A stretch of DNA of 64,000 nt from Cyanidioschyzon merolae (lineage: Eukaryota), in NCBI GenBank assembly GCA_000091205.1, contig AP006490.2; one strand, written 5' to 3'. The number at the start of each line of letters is the position of its first letter. The first letter of the stretch is position 1. The position numbers and the translations under genes were made by a program. Shown here piece after piece: positions 11,186 through 22,283 of this stretch. Under the pieces are notes generated by a model. It did not search any database, was not told where the DNA came from, and was given only the letters and a program-made list of their open reading frames with translations.

Positions 11186-11545
11186 GATCCACGCCTCATT
11201 TGCCATGCTCAGCTTCTTTATAGACAGTCCCGATGCAGTCGCCAAAGCGGTGACACTTGATTATGGTTAGCTGCGCTCACATGCTCACCATACAAGCCGT
11301 CTCTCAGCGAGCGGCCTCTGTGGCGCCTGAACGCTTACTCCATCACGCGGTAGATGTCGGTTTCTGGGTCAGAAGGCCCGCCTCGATGCTCGAATCTGTT
11401 TTTCGCTGCCAATGGCTTGCCCTCCGTCACGGGCTTCTTCGTTGCGATCCACTCGGCGAGTACTCTGTCCGTTGCACGCTCGTACACACACTGTCCTACT
11501 CGATAGAGGATTTCCAGGACATGGTGCTGTCGATGATGAAATAAG
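11186..11545 (+). repeat. Y-family repeat, 5'-truncated or diverged copy (Y3)
   Basis: Shares the left-end block 'tcatttgcca..cagcttc.tta.ag...gcggtgacacttg' with 20716-20790 and 58690-58750. It also shares the internal block encoding '...YSVRCTLVHTLSYSIEDFQDMVLSMMK', compare 'DYAVRCTWGHTLIRSTEDLWNAMLSIMK' in Y1. Confidence 0.55.
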
Positions 11546-12498
11546 TATCGAGTGGAAAATCCAGACTGGAGAACAAGTAGAGAAATCCTGATGCGTGTGC
11601 GCTCCCTTCGTGCAACGCAATGGTGCACGCTGCACTAGAAGCAATTGCTTCGACGAATTGAACCAAAGTCCAAGGCCTTTTCCCATGCAAGCTGAAGAGA
11701 CGGGAGCTTCTGCTTGCGTGTCGCGTGCCAGGCACCATGTTGCTGTCGAATGCCGTTTCCTAGAAAGTTCCAGTGAGAGAGAGGGGCGTGTTGGTATTTC
11801 CCACGGAATCGATTCCTCTAGTTGATAGCTTCAGCATACTTGTGGGATGCGCTTATGGACAAGTCGTCAAGGAATTACATCAAGTTTTGTTGCTCGTCGT
11901 ACCAGCAGCACGAATCGCCGCGCCGTCGACTTGCCCCGACACAGCAACATCAAAAACTTGAAGAATATGCGATTTGAGCGTCCCATACCCAAGGAAACGA
12001 GAAACGTGGAGGCTTGTACATATTCGTTGGACCACGATATCGACTACAATATGAATACTGGTTCGAGGGCATCCCCAATTATCTTGATTTCGGTGGCGTC
12101 TTCAATGCCATCAGCAGCGCCTCTAAGCAGCCACACCGAGAACACGACCGAGACTCCCGGAACGACGTATGAATCCGTAAGCCCATGGTGCTGCACTTTG
12201 ATGTCGAGCATCTATATTTTGAACAAGATCGAAAAAGTTTGAAATGATGGAACAGAACGAACAAGACAGTACCCTAAATTTACCGTACACGGATGTGCAA
12301 CACTCCTGCACCATGCGTGTGACGCCACGCAACGCCACGCGTGGCTACGCTACCCGCGACGCGCCAGCGAGGTTGCACGTGCTGTTGCAGCGGGCGCTTG
12401 CGTTGAGCGCGTTTCCCTCTTTTTCTTCAGCCGTTACTCTGCAAGTTTCTGTTCCGTGAACGTTTCCTTTTGAATCATTGGGCACTCTTGCGTTCGCC

Positions 12499-13998
12499 AT
12501 GGACGGATTGTGGGCACGGAAGGACGGCGGAAACGGTCTTGTGGACGAGCAGGGACTCCGTGCACCACTCTCGGGTGGACTCGGTTGGGAGTCCAGGATG
12601 CGTTCCCGCTGGAATGACTGGCTGCGCAAGCTCGACGTTTACCCCAAGACTGTCGAGGACGTGCGCTTACGTTCTGTGACAGGAGGCATCATCGCTTTAT
12701 TTTCGTACATTTGCATCGGTATTCTGGTCGTTTCAGAGTTTCTGCGGTGGTTGCAGCCCCAGCTCCACTCTAACGTGCTCGTGGACGCGCGCTCGATTCT
12801 CGATACCGAGCCAATCACGGTAGATCTGGGCATAGATCTCCTCGCTGTCGGTTGTGACGAGTTTAGCCTTGACGCGCTCACTGCGAACGGCGCGCAGCTC
12901 CCCAACAGTGTTGTGGAGCTGCGTAAACGCCCATTGGATGCGAGCGGTCAACCTGTGATATTTCCCCGAGGTGCATTCGGACGCAGTCGTCTGCGGAACG
13001 AGCGAGGTGGCGTAGCGCCAGCACCTCAGGCGCTAACGGAAGACCCGCCAAACACACAGCAACTCGAAGGGCGAGTATCCCAGGAAGTACGCGCGCAACT
13101 GAAACAGTATCGCGAAGAGGCGATAGCTTTCCGTGATCGCCTTGCAGCGTTGAACAAGACCGGTGTTGCGTATTGTGGCTCCTGTTATGGTGCTGTGCCT
13201 CAAACAGATCAAGTCGGGGAGGCGAATCAAATAACGTCCGGAGTATGCTGCAACACCTGTGATGAAATTCGCGTCCTGTACGAGGAACGGAACTGGGCAT
13301 TCGATCAAGTGCTTCGAACGGCGGAGCAGTGTGCTGAAAAACGCTACTTGACGCTGCTTCACGAAGCCGGTCGTGTTCAGTCTGGTGGCTGTCGAGTGTC
13401 CGCACGTTTACAGCTACCACGGGTGGCGGGCAACTTTCACTTTGCTCCGGGCAAGGGCCATACGCACCGTATGGGCCATCATGTTCATTCGGTAGATGAT
13501 CAGTTGCTCCACCGCACCTATAATTTCTCGCACCGTATTCGGCATTTGCGGTTTGGTCCGCTGTTCCCGCACCAGCAGAATCCACTTGACGGCGCGATGC
13601 GGATTCTGGAGCAACCGCCGCCGGGGTCACCTTTTGGCAACATGGTGCTGTATTATTGCAAGCTTATACCGACAACATACCGTCGAGACCGCCAGCGCGG
13701 CGACGCACTTCGATCGATGGAGTACGCAGCCGCAGACCTGACACAATCATCGGAACAGGATCGGGTGGGAATCACGCATAGTACGGGTGCATTGCCAGGA
13801 ATATTCTTTTTTTACGAACCTCAGCCTTTGCAAATCGCGTACTTTGAAGGTCGGATGTACGGTTTGCTGCATTTCATCGTCCAGCTATGTGCCATTGTTG
13901 GAGGCGTTTTTACCGTAAGCAGTATGATCGATCGTTTTGTATTTGGGGCGGGAACCTTCATTCGGGCGCAGAAGCGCCGGCTCGGCAAGCTTGGGTAA
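12499..13998 (+). CDS. ERGIC3 / Erv46-like ER-Golgi vesicle transporter (ERGIC_N plus COPII-coated ERV domains)
   Basis: 'LRKLDVYPKTVEDVRLRSVTGGIIALFSYICIGILVVSEF' is the ERGIC_N and TM1 region. 'CGSCYGAVPQ...CCNTCDEIRVLYEERNWAF' is the Erv46 cysteine-loop signature. The C-terminal TM and tail 'IDRFVFGAGTFIRAQKRRLGKLG*' resemble the human ERGIC3 tail 'IDSLIYHSARAIQKKIDLGKTT'. ORF start 12478 is TTG; the first ATG is 12499. The stop codon at 13996-13998 overlaps the first base of repeat R2. Confidence 0.7.
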   Translation: MDGLWARKDGGNGLVDEQGLRAPLSGGLGWESRMRSRWNDWLRKLDVYPKTVEDVRLRSVTGGIIALFSYICIGILVVSEFLRWLQPQLHSNVLVDARSILDTEPITVDLGIDLLAVGCDEFSLDALTANGAQLPNSVVELRKRPLDASGQPVIFPRGAFGRSRLRNERGGVAPAPQALTEDPPNTQQLEGRVSQEVRAQLKQYREEAIAFRDRLAALNKTGVAYCGSCYGAVPQTDQVGEANQITSGVCCNTCDEIRVLYEERNWAFDQVLRTAEQCAEKRYLTLLHEAGRVQSGGCRVSARLQLPRVAGNFHFAPGKGHTHRMGHHVHSVDDQLLHRTYNFSHRIRHLRFGPLFPHQQNPLDGAMRILEQPPPGSPFGNMVLYYCKLIPTTYRRDRQRGDALRSMEYAAADLTQSSEQDRVGITHSTGALPGIFFFYEPQPLQIAYFEGRMYGLLHFIVQLCAIVGGVFTVSSMIDRFVFGAGTFIRAQKRRLGKLG

Positions 13999-15080
13999 TA
14001 TACTCAGTAGTATCGAAGCATGGAACACCGCAATGTTTGACCATTTGCCCAGAAAAATCGTTGTCTATGGAGGTGTGTATGGCGCTCCAGCCTTGATGCG
14101 TTGCAGACCCGTACCACACCAGTGCGTTTTCCTCCTCGCTACTGATTGTTTTCATCGAAAGTGTGCGGCTTTTCAGCGCAATGTCTACGGTGACTAGAAA
14201 GCGATTCCGTCGGATATTCGCGGCGTGCAAAGCCGCCGGACGCTGCGGCAGCAAGAGACATTTCCCGATCTCGGACGAGTCGCTCAAGTCTCTATTCGGA
14301 ACTCGCCTGCAAGCGCTGGTGCTGGTGGAATTATGCCCTAGCAAGCCTCTGACTTTCGCTTGCCTCGCCATCTGGCGTGCAGTCAACTTGCCCTACACCG
14401 TCTCTTGTGTCCGGGTGTGTTTCACGCTCTGCGACTCTGCTAGGCTCACGGAGCGCTCTTGCTTGTGATGCGTTGATCTAGTGCGGGACGCATCGACGGG
14501 CGTCGTGCAGCATCGATTGCTGAACGCGTTGTACGCTGACGTCGAATGAGCGGGAGTGCACCCTCTGGGAGCTGCGGTGCGTCGATTGCCGCAGACTACC
14601 ACGAGACGAGGCGACGCATCGGTCATGACCTGGTCCAGTGGCTCGAGCGAGCAGGCGAAAGCACGTGTCGTGCATCCGTACAACCGAGACGATTGGCAAT
14701 GCCGTCGCTGCCTCATGTACGCCAGCCAGGGATTGTCAATGGCAGCTATATCGACTGTCTTGTGATCTCTGCGTGAAAGACGCATACGAAGCGTTCCAGC
14801 GTGTTTGCTACGGTGCTTCGAGCATCAGGATAGGTTCTGAGGCTGTCACTACATTTCATCGTATGCCTGCTTGCAACCATCATACCCGAATGCGGATCAC
14901 ACCGAGCGGTGGAAAATTCTGAACAGCATCCTTTGCTTTCCGTACAAGTGTTTGGCGGCGGCTTATTGATTTAAGGGTTCAGCGACGGTCATGATGTTCT
15001 TAAACCTGGGATACACGCGCACCACCAAAGCTCTTTCAGCATCTACCATCATCGGTTGAAAATGAATCCGGATGTTCGAT
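13998..15080 (+). repeat. R2: ~1.08-kb direct repeat, near-identical to 4866-5950
   Basis: See R1. Identity decays after about 15070, where 'aatgaatccggatgttcgattt' stands against 'aatgagtcccgatgctgggctc' in R1. Confidence 0.85.
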
Positions 15081-16024
15081 TTGGTACTTTTTCGCACCTG
15101 TGCGGTCGATGCTCCTCGCGACGAGGCAACGCGGCGACGCTTTGCGGCATTCGGGGAAGCGTGTCTGCAATTCTGTGAACCTAGGATCCGGCCGTGTCAC
15201 ATCTTCTGTCATGAGTATCGGATGTGATGTCCCGTGGAGGTATCATCGCAGAATTTCAGACGACTACGGACAACTGGCACCTTTTGCGCCTACAACTCCT
15301 GCGAATAATTGCTTGACGAGGTGCGTCGAAACGAGGTGCGCTAGGCAAGCCCTGAACGAGTAGCAAGCCACGTGATCTCCAGTGGCGTCCAGAATGTTTC
15401 CCGTTCGCGAACCAGAACCGCATTTCTATGGATCGATCAGCGTCGAATGGCGATCGATAACAAAGAGAACGCCTTTCACGGCGCCGAACCTGGAGCATAG
15501 GTTGGTACGAAATGCAGCGCAACGCTGATTTCACGTACGAACTCGCTGAGCGTTTTTGCGTGATGCACAGTGACCTTTTCAAAGGGCAGGAGAGAAGCGT
15601 ATGTGAGATTGAAGGCATAAAAAGTGCTTTGACGAGGCAGGAGCTGTTGAATGCTGGCGCCTATTCGGCGATTTGTCGCCCATAAAACCATGCCATCGAC
15701 GCTGGTGCTGTTGTTGCCGGTACGCCCCCTTGTCTCTGTTTTATGATGTGCGGTTCGCCGCTCTTCGCATGCCCATATACATGTCTACCAGCTCCCGCGA
15801 ATAAAACCCCATCGAGTGAGACGAGCACCCGTACCTTCGATAACCATAAGCATTTGTTATCCGTTCCGCAAGCGACAATGTGCAGGTCAACGCGGAACGG
15901 TGCCCTACCGAACCGCATCTCTGCTGTTGTCCGTCCGTGTCTCTTCATAGGTGTTGATTTCAATTGTATTGAAACTTCATTTGCTGGGGCTCCTCTCGTC
16001 GTTTTGCTTTCAGAATACATGGAT

Positions 16025-16110
16025 GCGCATGGTTAGACGAGGACAGAATCGTATAGACCTAGTTTGTACATTTTCGTTTCGGGTGCATATTGTTCAGGAT
16101 ACGAACCACG
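16025..16110 (+). repeat. Short conserved motif pair shared with 7020-7110
   Basis: See 7020-7110. Confidence 0.4.
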
Positions 16111-16289
16111 AGAAGCGTGGTTCATCCACCTTCTCACCATACAATGACTGCGTTGTGAGTATGCGCTGGTAGAGCCCGCGTTGCAGCTCGGGACCCCTGT
16201 GCTGAAGCGCAATTCCCTTTTCAGCAGGCGCTGCATACGGTCAGTATAAAAAGTCCCATGACTGTGGAGGATATGTTAATACACCCACT

Positions 16290-17410
16290 AGCAGACGACT
16301 CCCAGTCTTTTTTCACCAGCCGTCTGGTATCGGTTTCAGTTTCTCCCTGCACACTTCGACCCTGCGATGGTGCTTCACAAAAATCTCTCGCCTCAGCTCC
16401 GCATACCGTCTGATACGAATGGCGGCGTTGAGGTCTCGGTGCTCGAACCTCTTGCATGCGTCGACGCTGGTTGAACTCACTATTGCAAGGATTCCTGGAA
16501 TTCGCGCCCGATGTACCACTACAGCGTCGTCACCCTCCCGTCGGGAAAGCACCTTTTCTCTCTTATCTCCCGTCTTTCTCCTCTTCATCATCACTTGCTC
16601 CTCTCCGCTCGGTTACCGGTGAGAGCAGATTTCTTTTCGTTCTTTTTCGGCAGCCGGCGGCACTTGCCCCGCCCGGATCCTCGACTTGCATTTCCTTGCC
16701 AGTTCTTTCGATATTTTATTTCTTGAAATAAACGCGTTTCTTTACGCCCTTACGAGAAGACCTTCCCAGGGAGAGAGGGATCTGTGGATCAAAGGCGAAA
16801 TATGCCCCTGGTTTGTCTCCGTGGTCTGAGCGCTTCAACGATTCGCACAGCGGGGCGTTCATTACGTTTCGGGATGCAAAACGCTCCATCGATGGGGTCG
16901 GACAACGCAACGTACCCAGGAATGAAAAGCAGCTCGACGTCTATAGAATCGGGGAAACAGCGAACGCAAGGGTAATGGTGAGATACCACGTTGTCCACTG
17001 GAGGGACGTCATCAGACGCCAGAGCAAAGTCCTCAATGGTTCGGCAATGTGGTTGTTGCTGTTGGACGAACCCTCTCTACGAGCGACACTGAGGCGGCCA
17101 AATGAACCCACTACTGCCAGAACAGATGCTAAGGTCGTTGTTCTCTTCGAGCTCGATTGTATATACAACGAGCTCTCCGCTCCGCCAATGCCCATATACG
17201 TTCCCAACGGTTCGTCCGAAGCAACTCTCATCGGCTGGAAAAGCAAACCGACGTTCCTGCGCCTCATAGAGATTGTGACGTCCCTTGAATCCTTGTCGTT
17301 GCGATTTCGGTGGAAGATGGCCGTGCGTGAACAAGCACTGTTTTGTGCCAGTATCCTAGTGTTTAGCGGACCACCCGAGCAAGCAGTCGAATTCCAGAGA
17401 CCCGTGTGAT
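16290..17410 (+). repeat. A/B repeat family, copy A: two small ORFs (93 aa on the minus strand, ~195 aa on the plus strand) with a conserved spacer; unknown element or paralogous gene pair
   Basis: ORF 16813..17409 (TTG start) is about 45% identical at protein level to ORF 54620..55183 (minus strand). Compare 'MSPWSERFNDSHSGAFITFRDAKRSIDGV' with 'MAPYAGRFSDSARKAIITFHDTKCSLDGV', 'VVVLFELDCIYNE' with 'ILVLFDFDRIYNG', and 'SLSLRFRWKMAVRE' with 'ALSLQFRWKVAVNE'. Upstream spacer 16620-16740 matches 53815-53920 ('ttcgttctttttcggcagccggcg..ac.tgccc'). The minus-strand ORF 16313..16594 has a degenerate, stop-containing homolog around 53560-53760. Confidence 0.45.
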
Positions 17411-18682
17411 GGCTGTCATCGTCGCTTTTGCTTTCCGAAAAGTGATCAATGGGTCGTTTTCTAGCATTTGCCGCAAGCACTCTTTGAGAATACCGGTTTC
17501 TGGTGCGGATCGCATATATTTGTTTCTTTCAGTGTTCCTCAACCATCAGACGACTATGGTGTGACTAACCTGAAGGAGGAATGCAGCCATCCTTGCACTG
17601 TTCAGTAAAGATTCTATCCTACGGGCAACACGTCCACGCTCTGTACGGTACATTCCACTGGCATTTCGACCTCCTACTATACACCACTGCTGGTGTGGTA
17701 CAAAACTGAGTTCAAAGACCATAAGCGCCACAGTACAATGAGGCAACGCGAGGGATCGGGAACTGCGTTCCCGGCGCGTGGATCATTATTCTAAGTTCGC
17801 TTACGTTTCGAATGGCTGACGAGTATGGACGCTCTCGTAAACACTTTGGTCATTTCGGATACTCCGCAAGCAATCAAGGGAGAGCTCTATCGATGTTGTC
17901 CAACTTTTACGGTAACGAGTAACACCCCGATCAGGATGACGCTTCACTTGCTAGCGGTTGCAAATGGGTCCACGACGTCGCTACCAGAGCGGACCTCAAT
18001 GATTTTCTGGCTCGCCGGCGCGCCAGAAACGTTGGAACAACGTATGCTCAGTAATGCACCGCCGCGCATGCGTATTCTTGCTGGTAGGTGCTTCAGGCAT
18101 GGCGGTTCCGATCATGTTCGCCCGAGCTGTGACGCAAGCGCGTGCTCCTGATGCGGTAAATCTTCGGTCCATGAATCTATCCGGGATCAACAGATGTGTC
18201 GTGAAACGCTCTTCGGTAGCGAGGCCGGACCCAGCGAAGCATGCCGAGCGCCCAGGACGCTCTACTTGTCCAGACCAGTGCGGCCGCTGTTCCGCGGTTT
18301 GGATGTGAGAGCCCGGCCGGATCTTCCCCGCACAGCAGACAATCCATTCAGATCCACAGACGGTTTCGTGTAAGCACCGTGCGACGCGTGGAGCAGGCGA
18401 AAGCTCCCATCGACACCGATTCGTGGGTTGATCGTTGCGACGACGGCTCGTTTTTCAGAACGTCTGCTTGAGCGATCAGGCGAGAAGTGTCAGGGTCGGT
18501 GAGACGTGGTCTCGATCACGCTGAGGTCCCATACGCAGCGCATAGCATCTATTCCTGAATCCATCATCACATTACGGGGCATCGTCGCAGAGCTATAGGC
18601 ACCACGGTTCCGAGTTCAACACACATCTCTAAGCGTGCATAACAGGATCAATCCCAACAATACAGCGCACCTCTGCCAACTT

Positions 18683-19777
18683 CTAAGCTCCAGGGTTCAC
18701 GGAACTCGCGGCATTTGCGCGATCACCGCTGGGACGTGCCCATTCGACGGAGAGAATTAAGTGATCGTAACCGAAACCATTCAGTTTGGCGATGCAACGT
18801 TCCGCTGCTGAGCGTTCCGCGAACGCTGCGAACGCGAAACCCTTCGGCGCGCCGGTGTACTTATCGCGTGCCAGATAGATGCGCACAACTCGCCCAAATG
18901 GCTCAAGCAGCTGCCGCAAGTCATCTTCTGTGGCACCCTCCGTCAAGTTACTGATGCGGATGGAGTTTTCCTCGCGACGTCCATAGAGGGAATCTCCCTC
19001 ACGCAATCGCGCCGATGCTCCTGACCGCATCGATGGCGGCACATATCGAGTTGCACCGCTGCTCGTGGCACTCGCCGCCATGCTGCCGCCCGACCCTGCG
19101 CTGGGAGCCCCAACTGCCCCAGTCGCGCCGAGTATGCCATCTGGAGCTGTTGAGGCGGCGCTACCAGGAAGACCGAGTCCATCGGCGGCCCCTTGTAAGC
19201 CCTTATAGGGGCAACGAAGTGTCCAGTGATCACCAACGCGCCCACATATACGGCAAACTACAATAGACTTGTTGGTCATGAGGTCTTCGCCACTACCGCT
19301 TCCGCCGCCGCCGCCGCCGCTCGCCGAAGACGGTGCCGCACCCAAACTTGGCACCGCCTCGCCACTTTCCTCGTCATCGCTGACCTCGGTGTTACGCGTG
19401 TTCCACTCGATGGGAATGTCTTCGTTTGCCTGTGTGGTGGTGTTTGCGTTCTCGGTAGCGGCGACCCCAAACTTGCGCCAGCAGCGCCGCCGCTCTGCAA
19501 CTGCAGCGCACACCCGCCGTCGCTCAAGACGACGACGAACGCGCCGAGTCCGCTGAACAACGTATCCTTCGTCGTTGACGTAGTAATCCACGATCGTAAC
19601 AATGCCGTCTGCGTCGGGTTCGCTCACTCGTGGCGGTGGTAGGCCACCGCCGCCCTTATCGAGTTGCGTGGTAAGCGCGCGCCCCAGGGACGCGACCGCA
19701 TCGGGAGAGTCGTTTTCGGTCTCATCCCAAGCGTCCTCTGACGTCGTTGGCTCAACAGTTGCAACGCGTAAGCTCAT
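18683..19777 (-). CDS. Eukaryotic translation initiation factor 3 subunit G (eIF3g / TIF35-like): zinc knuckle plus C-terminal RRM
   Basis: ATG start at 19775-19777. 'CRICGRVGDHWTLRCPYK' is the eIF3g CCHC-type knuckle. The C-terminal RRM carries RNP-2 'IRISNL' and RNP-1 'KGFAFAAF'. A Gly/Ser-rich linker lies between them. Confidence 0.75.
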   Translation of the reverse strand: MSLRVATVEPTTSEDAWDETENDSPDAVASLGRALTTQLDKGGGGLPPPRVSEPDADGIVTIVDYYVNDEGYVVQRTRRVRRRLERRRVCAAVAERRRCWRKFGVAATENANTTTQANEDIPIEWNTRNTEVSDDEESGEAVPSLGAAPSSASGGGGGGSGSGEDLMTNKSIVVCRICGRVGDHWTLRCPYKGLQGAADGLGLPGSAASTAPDGILGATGAVGAPSAGSGGSMAASATSSGATRYVPPSMRSGASARLREGDSLYGRREENSIRISNLTEGATEDDLRQLLEPFGRVVRIYLARDKYTGAPKGFAFAAFAERSAAERCIAKLNGFGYDHLILSVEWARPSGDRANAASSVNPGA

Positions 19778-19929
19778 CTGGGGAGTTCCTCGCGTCTGTC
19801 CGCGGCGAAAAATACCAGGCGTGCACGCCGTAAGCTAAGCGCTAGCAGGTACGCTTGCAAGCGGCGGATGCGCGTGTCGCGGCGTGGCTGCCGGTGATTT
19901 TCTTTCGATGGAAAAATATCTCTATGAAC

Positions 19930-20165
19930 CATGGATCCCAGATTGCGTGATGGATATTTGCATACGGGAATGTTTCGTTTATGCTGCTATCTACCTTCAA
20001 GTTCCATTACCTATACTTCCTCTCGGATGTGCTGGTCGTTTCGTACGTTCTATCGTGCGCCCAGTACCTGCCTTGAGCGCTCACAATAACGCCTATAGCG
20101 CAAGTGCGGATGCTGCTCAGAGACAGAACGGGTTTGTCATGCCCGTTTGGGCGTCGGATGCAGGT
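19930..20165 (+). repeat. Dispersed ~245-bp repeat family, copy 2
   Basis: See 3711-3958. Confidence 0.6.
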
Positions 20166-20715
20166 CAGGATATGGACCTGTTTCCATGACAAGTGCAGCT
20201 GCCTTCTCGTGGCATTATCGCAGGAACGGAGAATCTCCCGTACACATCCCGATGCGAATGATTTCCATCGTGCACTGCCGCTGCAGATTAAACGTGTCAA
20301 CGAAAGCGCGAACATTTGCTTCAACTCCTCAAACGTTGCACCAGTGAAAGACCGAGCCTGCTTATCACACATGCAATGGAAACCGGGCTGGCTCTGTCAA
20401 ACAGATATGAGCTTCGCCCGCTGTACCTCTTTGCGAACAAAATGGAAGGGGCGCCCACCGAACGAACTCGGGCATACATACTCAAGTTTGGGTCTCTTCC
20501 CCATGCCATCAACACCAGCAAATTCGGGCGTTTTCTCCGACTGCTCTCTTTGCCCCTCTTATCTCCGTCTCTGAAGATGCACATCCCTACGGTGCCTCTG
20601 GCTCTGTTGTCAGCAGTCGAAGGATGTTGATGGCAGCGTTCAGGTGCCAATTTCGCCGCTCGCGGCTGGTGTCGACGCGTCTGATCCGCCGATGGAAGTT
20701 GCGAACTACACGTCA

Positions 20716-21800
20716 TTTGCCACTTTCAGCTTCGTTACATAGAGCCTCGGTGCGCATTTCGCAGCGGTGACACTTGGATGTGGTCGGTTGTTCCTATGGG
20801 TCCACGGTGCCTCCTGTTTCTCCGTAGGTCGCTATGTGTCCCGTGAACGCTTGCTTCGTCGATTGGTATATGCCCTTGACGTCTACCCAGGGCTCTGGTT
20901 GATGTTAAATCCGCTTCTGCACCTGGTGCCGATGCTACGGACCCTGGCTTCTTCTGGGCCACTTGGTCGGCGATTACGCTGTCCGCTGCACATGGGGGCA
21001 CACGCTGATCCGCTCAACAGAGGATCTGTGGAACGCGATGCTGTCCATTATGAAACAGGTGCCGGAAAGAGACCCCAGCCAGGAGCTCAAGCCGCAAAGT
21101 ATCGATCCGTCTATGCATCCTCCGTGCATAGCGATTGCGCACGCTCTACTGGAGGCGGTCGCTGCGAGGACTGAATTCCGAGTCCGAGACCTTTTCTCCA
21201 TCCACACAATAGAGACGGGAGCCTCTGCGAGTATATCCGATGAGAGGAACCGCGCTGCTGGTGTCGAATGCAACAATGTCGATGACCGCAAGCAGAGTAG
21301 GATATGTCTCCAGAACGGAATCGAATATTCGACGTGAGAAGCTACGGGATATGTCTGCAGAAGCTTGTGCCGTCGTCGCCACGGGAGGACGCCAAGTTGT
21401 TTGCGCTGGAAATCTGGCGGCGCGCGTTGCCGCACTCCACGGATTGCCCTGAAACAGAACGATCGAGGCTTTGAAGAATGCGTGATTCTCGTAAACTAGA
21501 CGTAGGAGAAAGGAGTGGCGTAGAGGCTTCTGGGTGTCATCTGGATCCTGATATCTGGTATTTCACGCGACCTTGTTTGATGGCGTCGCGAAACATCTTG
21601 ATTCCGGTGACGTTACCAAATCCAGCGGCCAAGCGTGGAAGGAGCCACTCGGAAAACACGACCTAAAATCCTTAAACTACCTACGAATTCGTACATCCTT
21701 ATCGGTTCACTTGGAATATCGAGGCTGTACCAATAAAAAATTTCGGAAAAGAATCGAACTGCAAGAACAGAGTGAGCAATGTAGCGTTCCATTTCAATCT
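20716..21800 (+). repeat. Y-family repeat, full-length copy Y1 (~1085 bp). Positions 20915-21800 form the left arm of an inverted repeat.
   Basis: The left end 'tcatttgccactttcagcttcgttacatagagcc...gcagcggtgacacttgg' matches Y3 and Y5. The right end '...caatgtagcgttccatttcaatctgac' matches Y5's '...cagagtcccattttaacctgaac'. Positions 20915-21800 are the reverse complement of 23218-24085 at about 97-98% identity. The identical peptides 'MRDSRKLDVGERSG...' at 21478..21666 (plus) and 23348..23536 (minus) show this, as do 20974..21435 (minus) versus 23474..24040 (plus). Confidence 0.85.
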
Positions 21801-22283
21801 GACATAGATATATCGTCCCAGGCGCCGAGCACTACGAGAGCGATGCAATCGAAGGCTGCTCACGGGCACGCGATCCATCGTATCCCTCAGATTTCGACTC
21901 GATGCAAGGCATCTCAGCGTGAACAACAGCGCCCGTGCCTCGGGGGCGCTGTTTCCGATCGGCGTGATGCGCACCACGATTTTGGGAGCGCCGCCCCAAA
22001 AGAAGTTGCAAACGCCGCCACCAACATCGGGATTGGGGCGAGCGCCGTCGCAGGAACACCACAAATGCGCCTCTGCGCGCATTTCACCATCATCTAGATC
22101 GCCAGATTTGGATGCTTTACTAAACCGGAGATCAGAGCATAGACACCGAAGCGCAGTGGACATGATCGTAATAAATAAATCTGCATTGTCGCTTTCCGCA
22201 GAGAAAACGAACAAGCTTCTCAGCGTCACCACGCGGTCTTCATTGCGCAAACGAACGTAACGAGCCTCGTGTATAAAGTAGAA

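Noticed and set aside
4866-15080. Interpretation of R1/R2 as LTRs of an LTR retrotransposon
   Set aside because: The internal region encodes ordinary host genes (lipase, TenA, ERGIC3). There are no gag/pol remnants, no TG...CA termini, and no PBS or PPT adjacent to the repeats.
21699-22250. 183-aa minus-strand ORF with faint resemblance to Cu/Zn superoxide dismutase ('GARPNPDVGGG...')
   Set aside because: Metal-ligand histidines are absent and the similarity is too weak. It overlaps the Y-arm-initiated plus-strand ORF and is probably non-coding.
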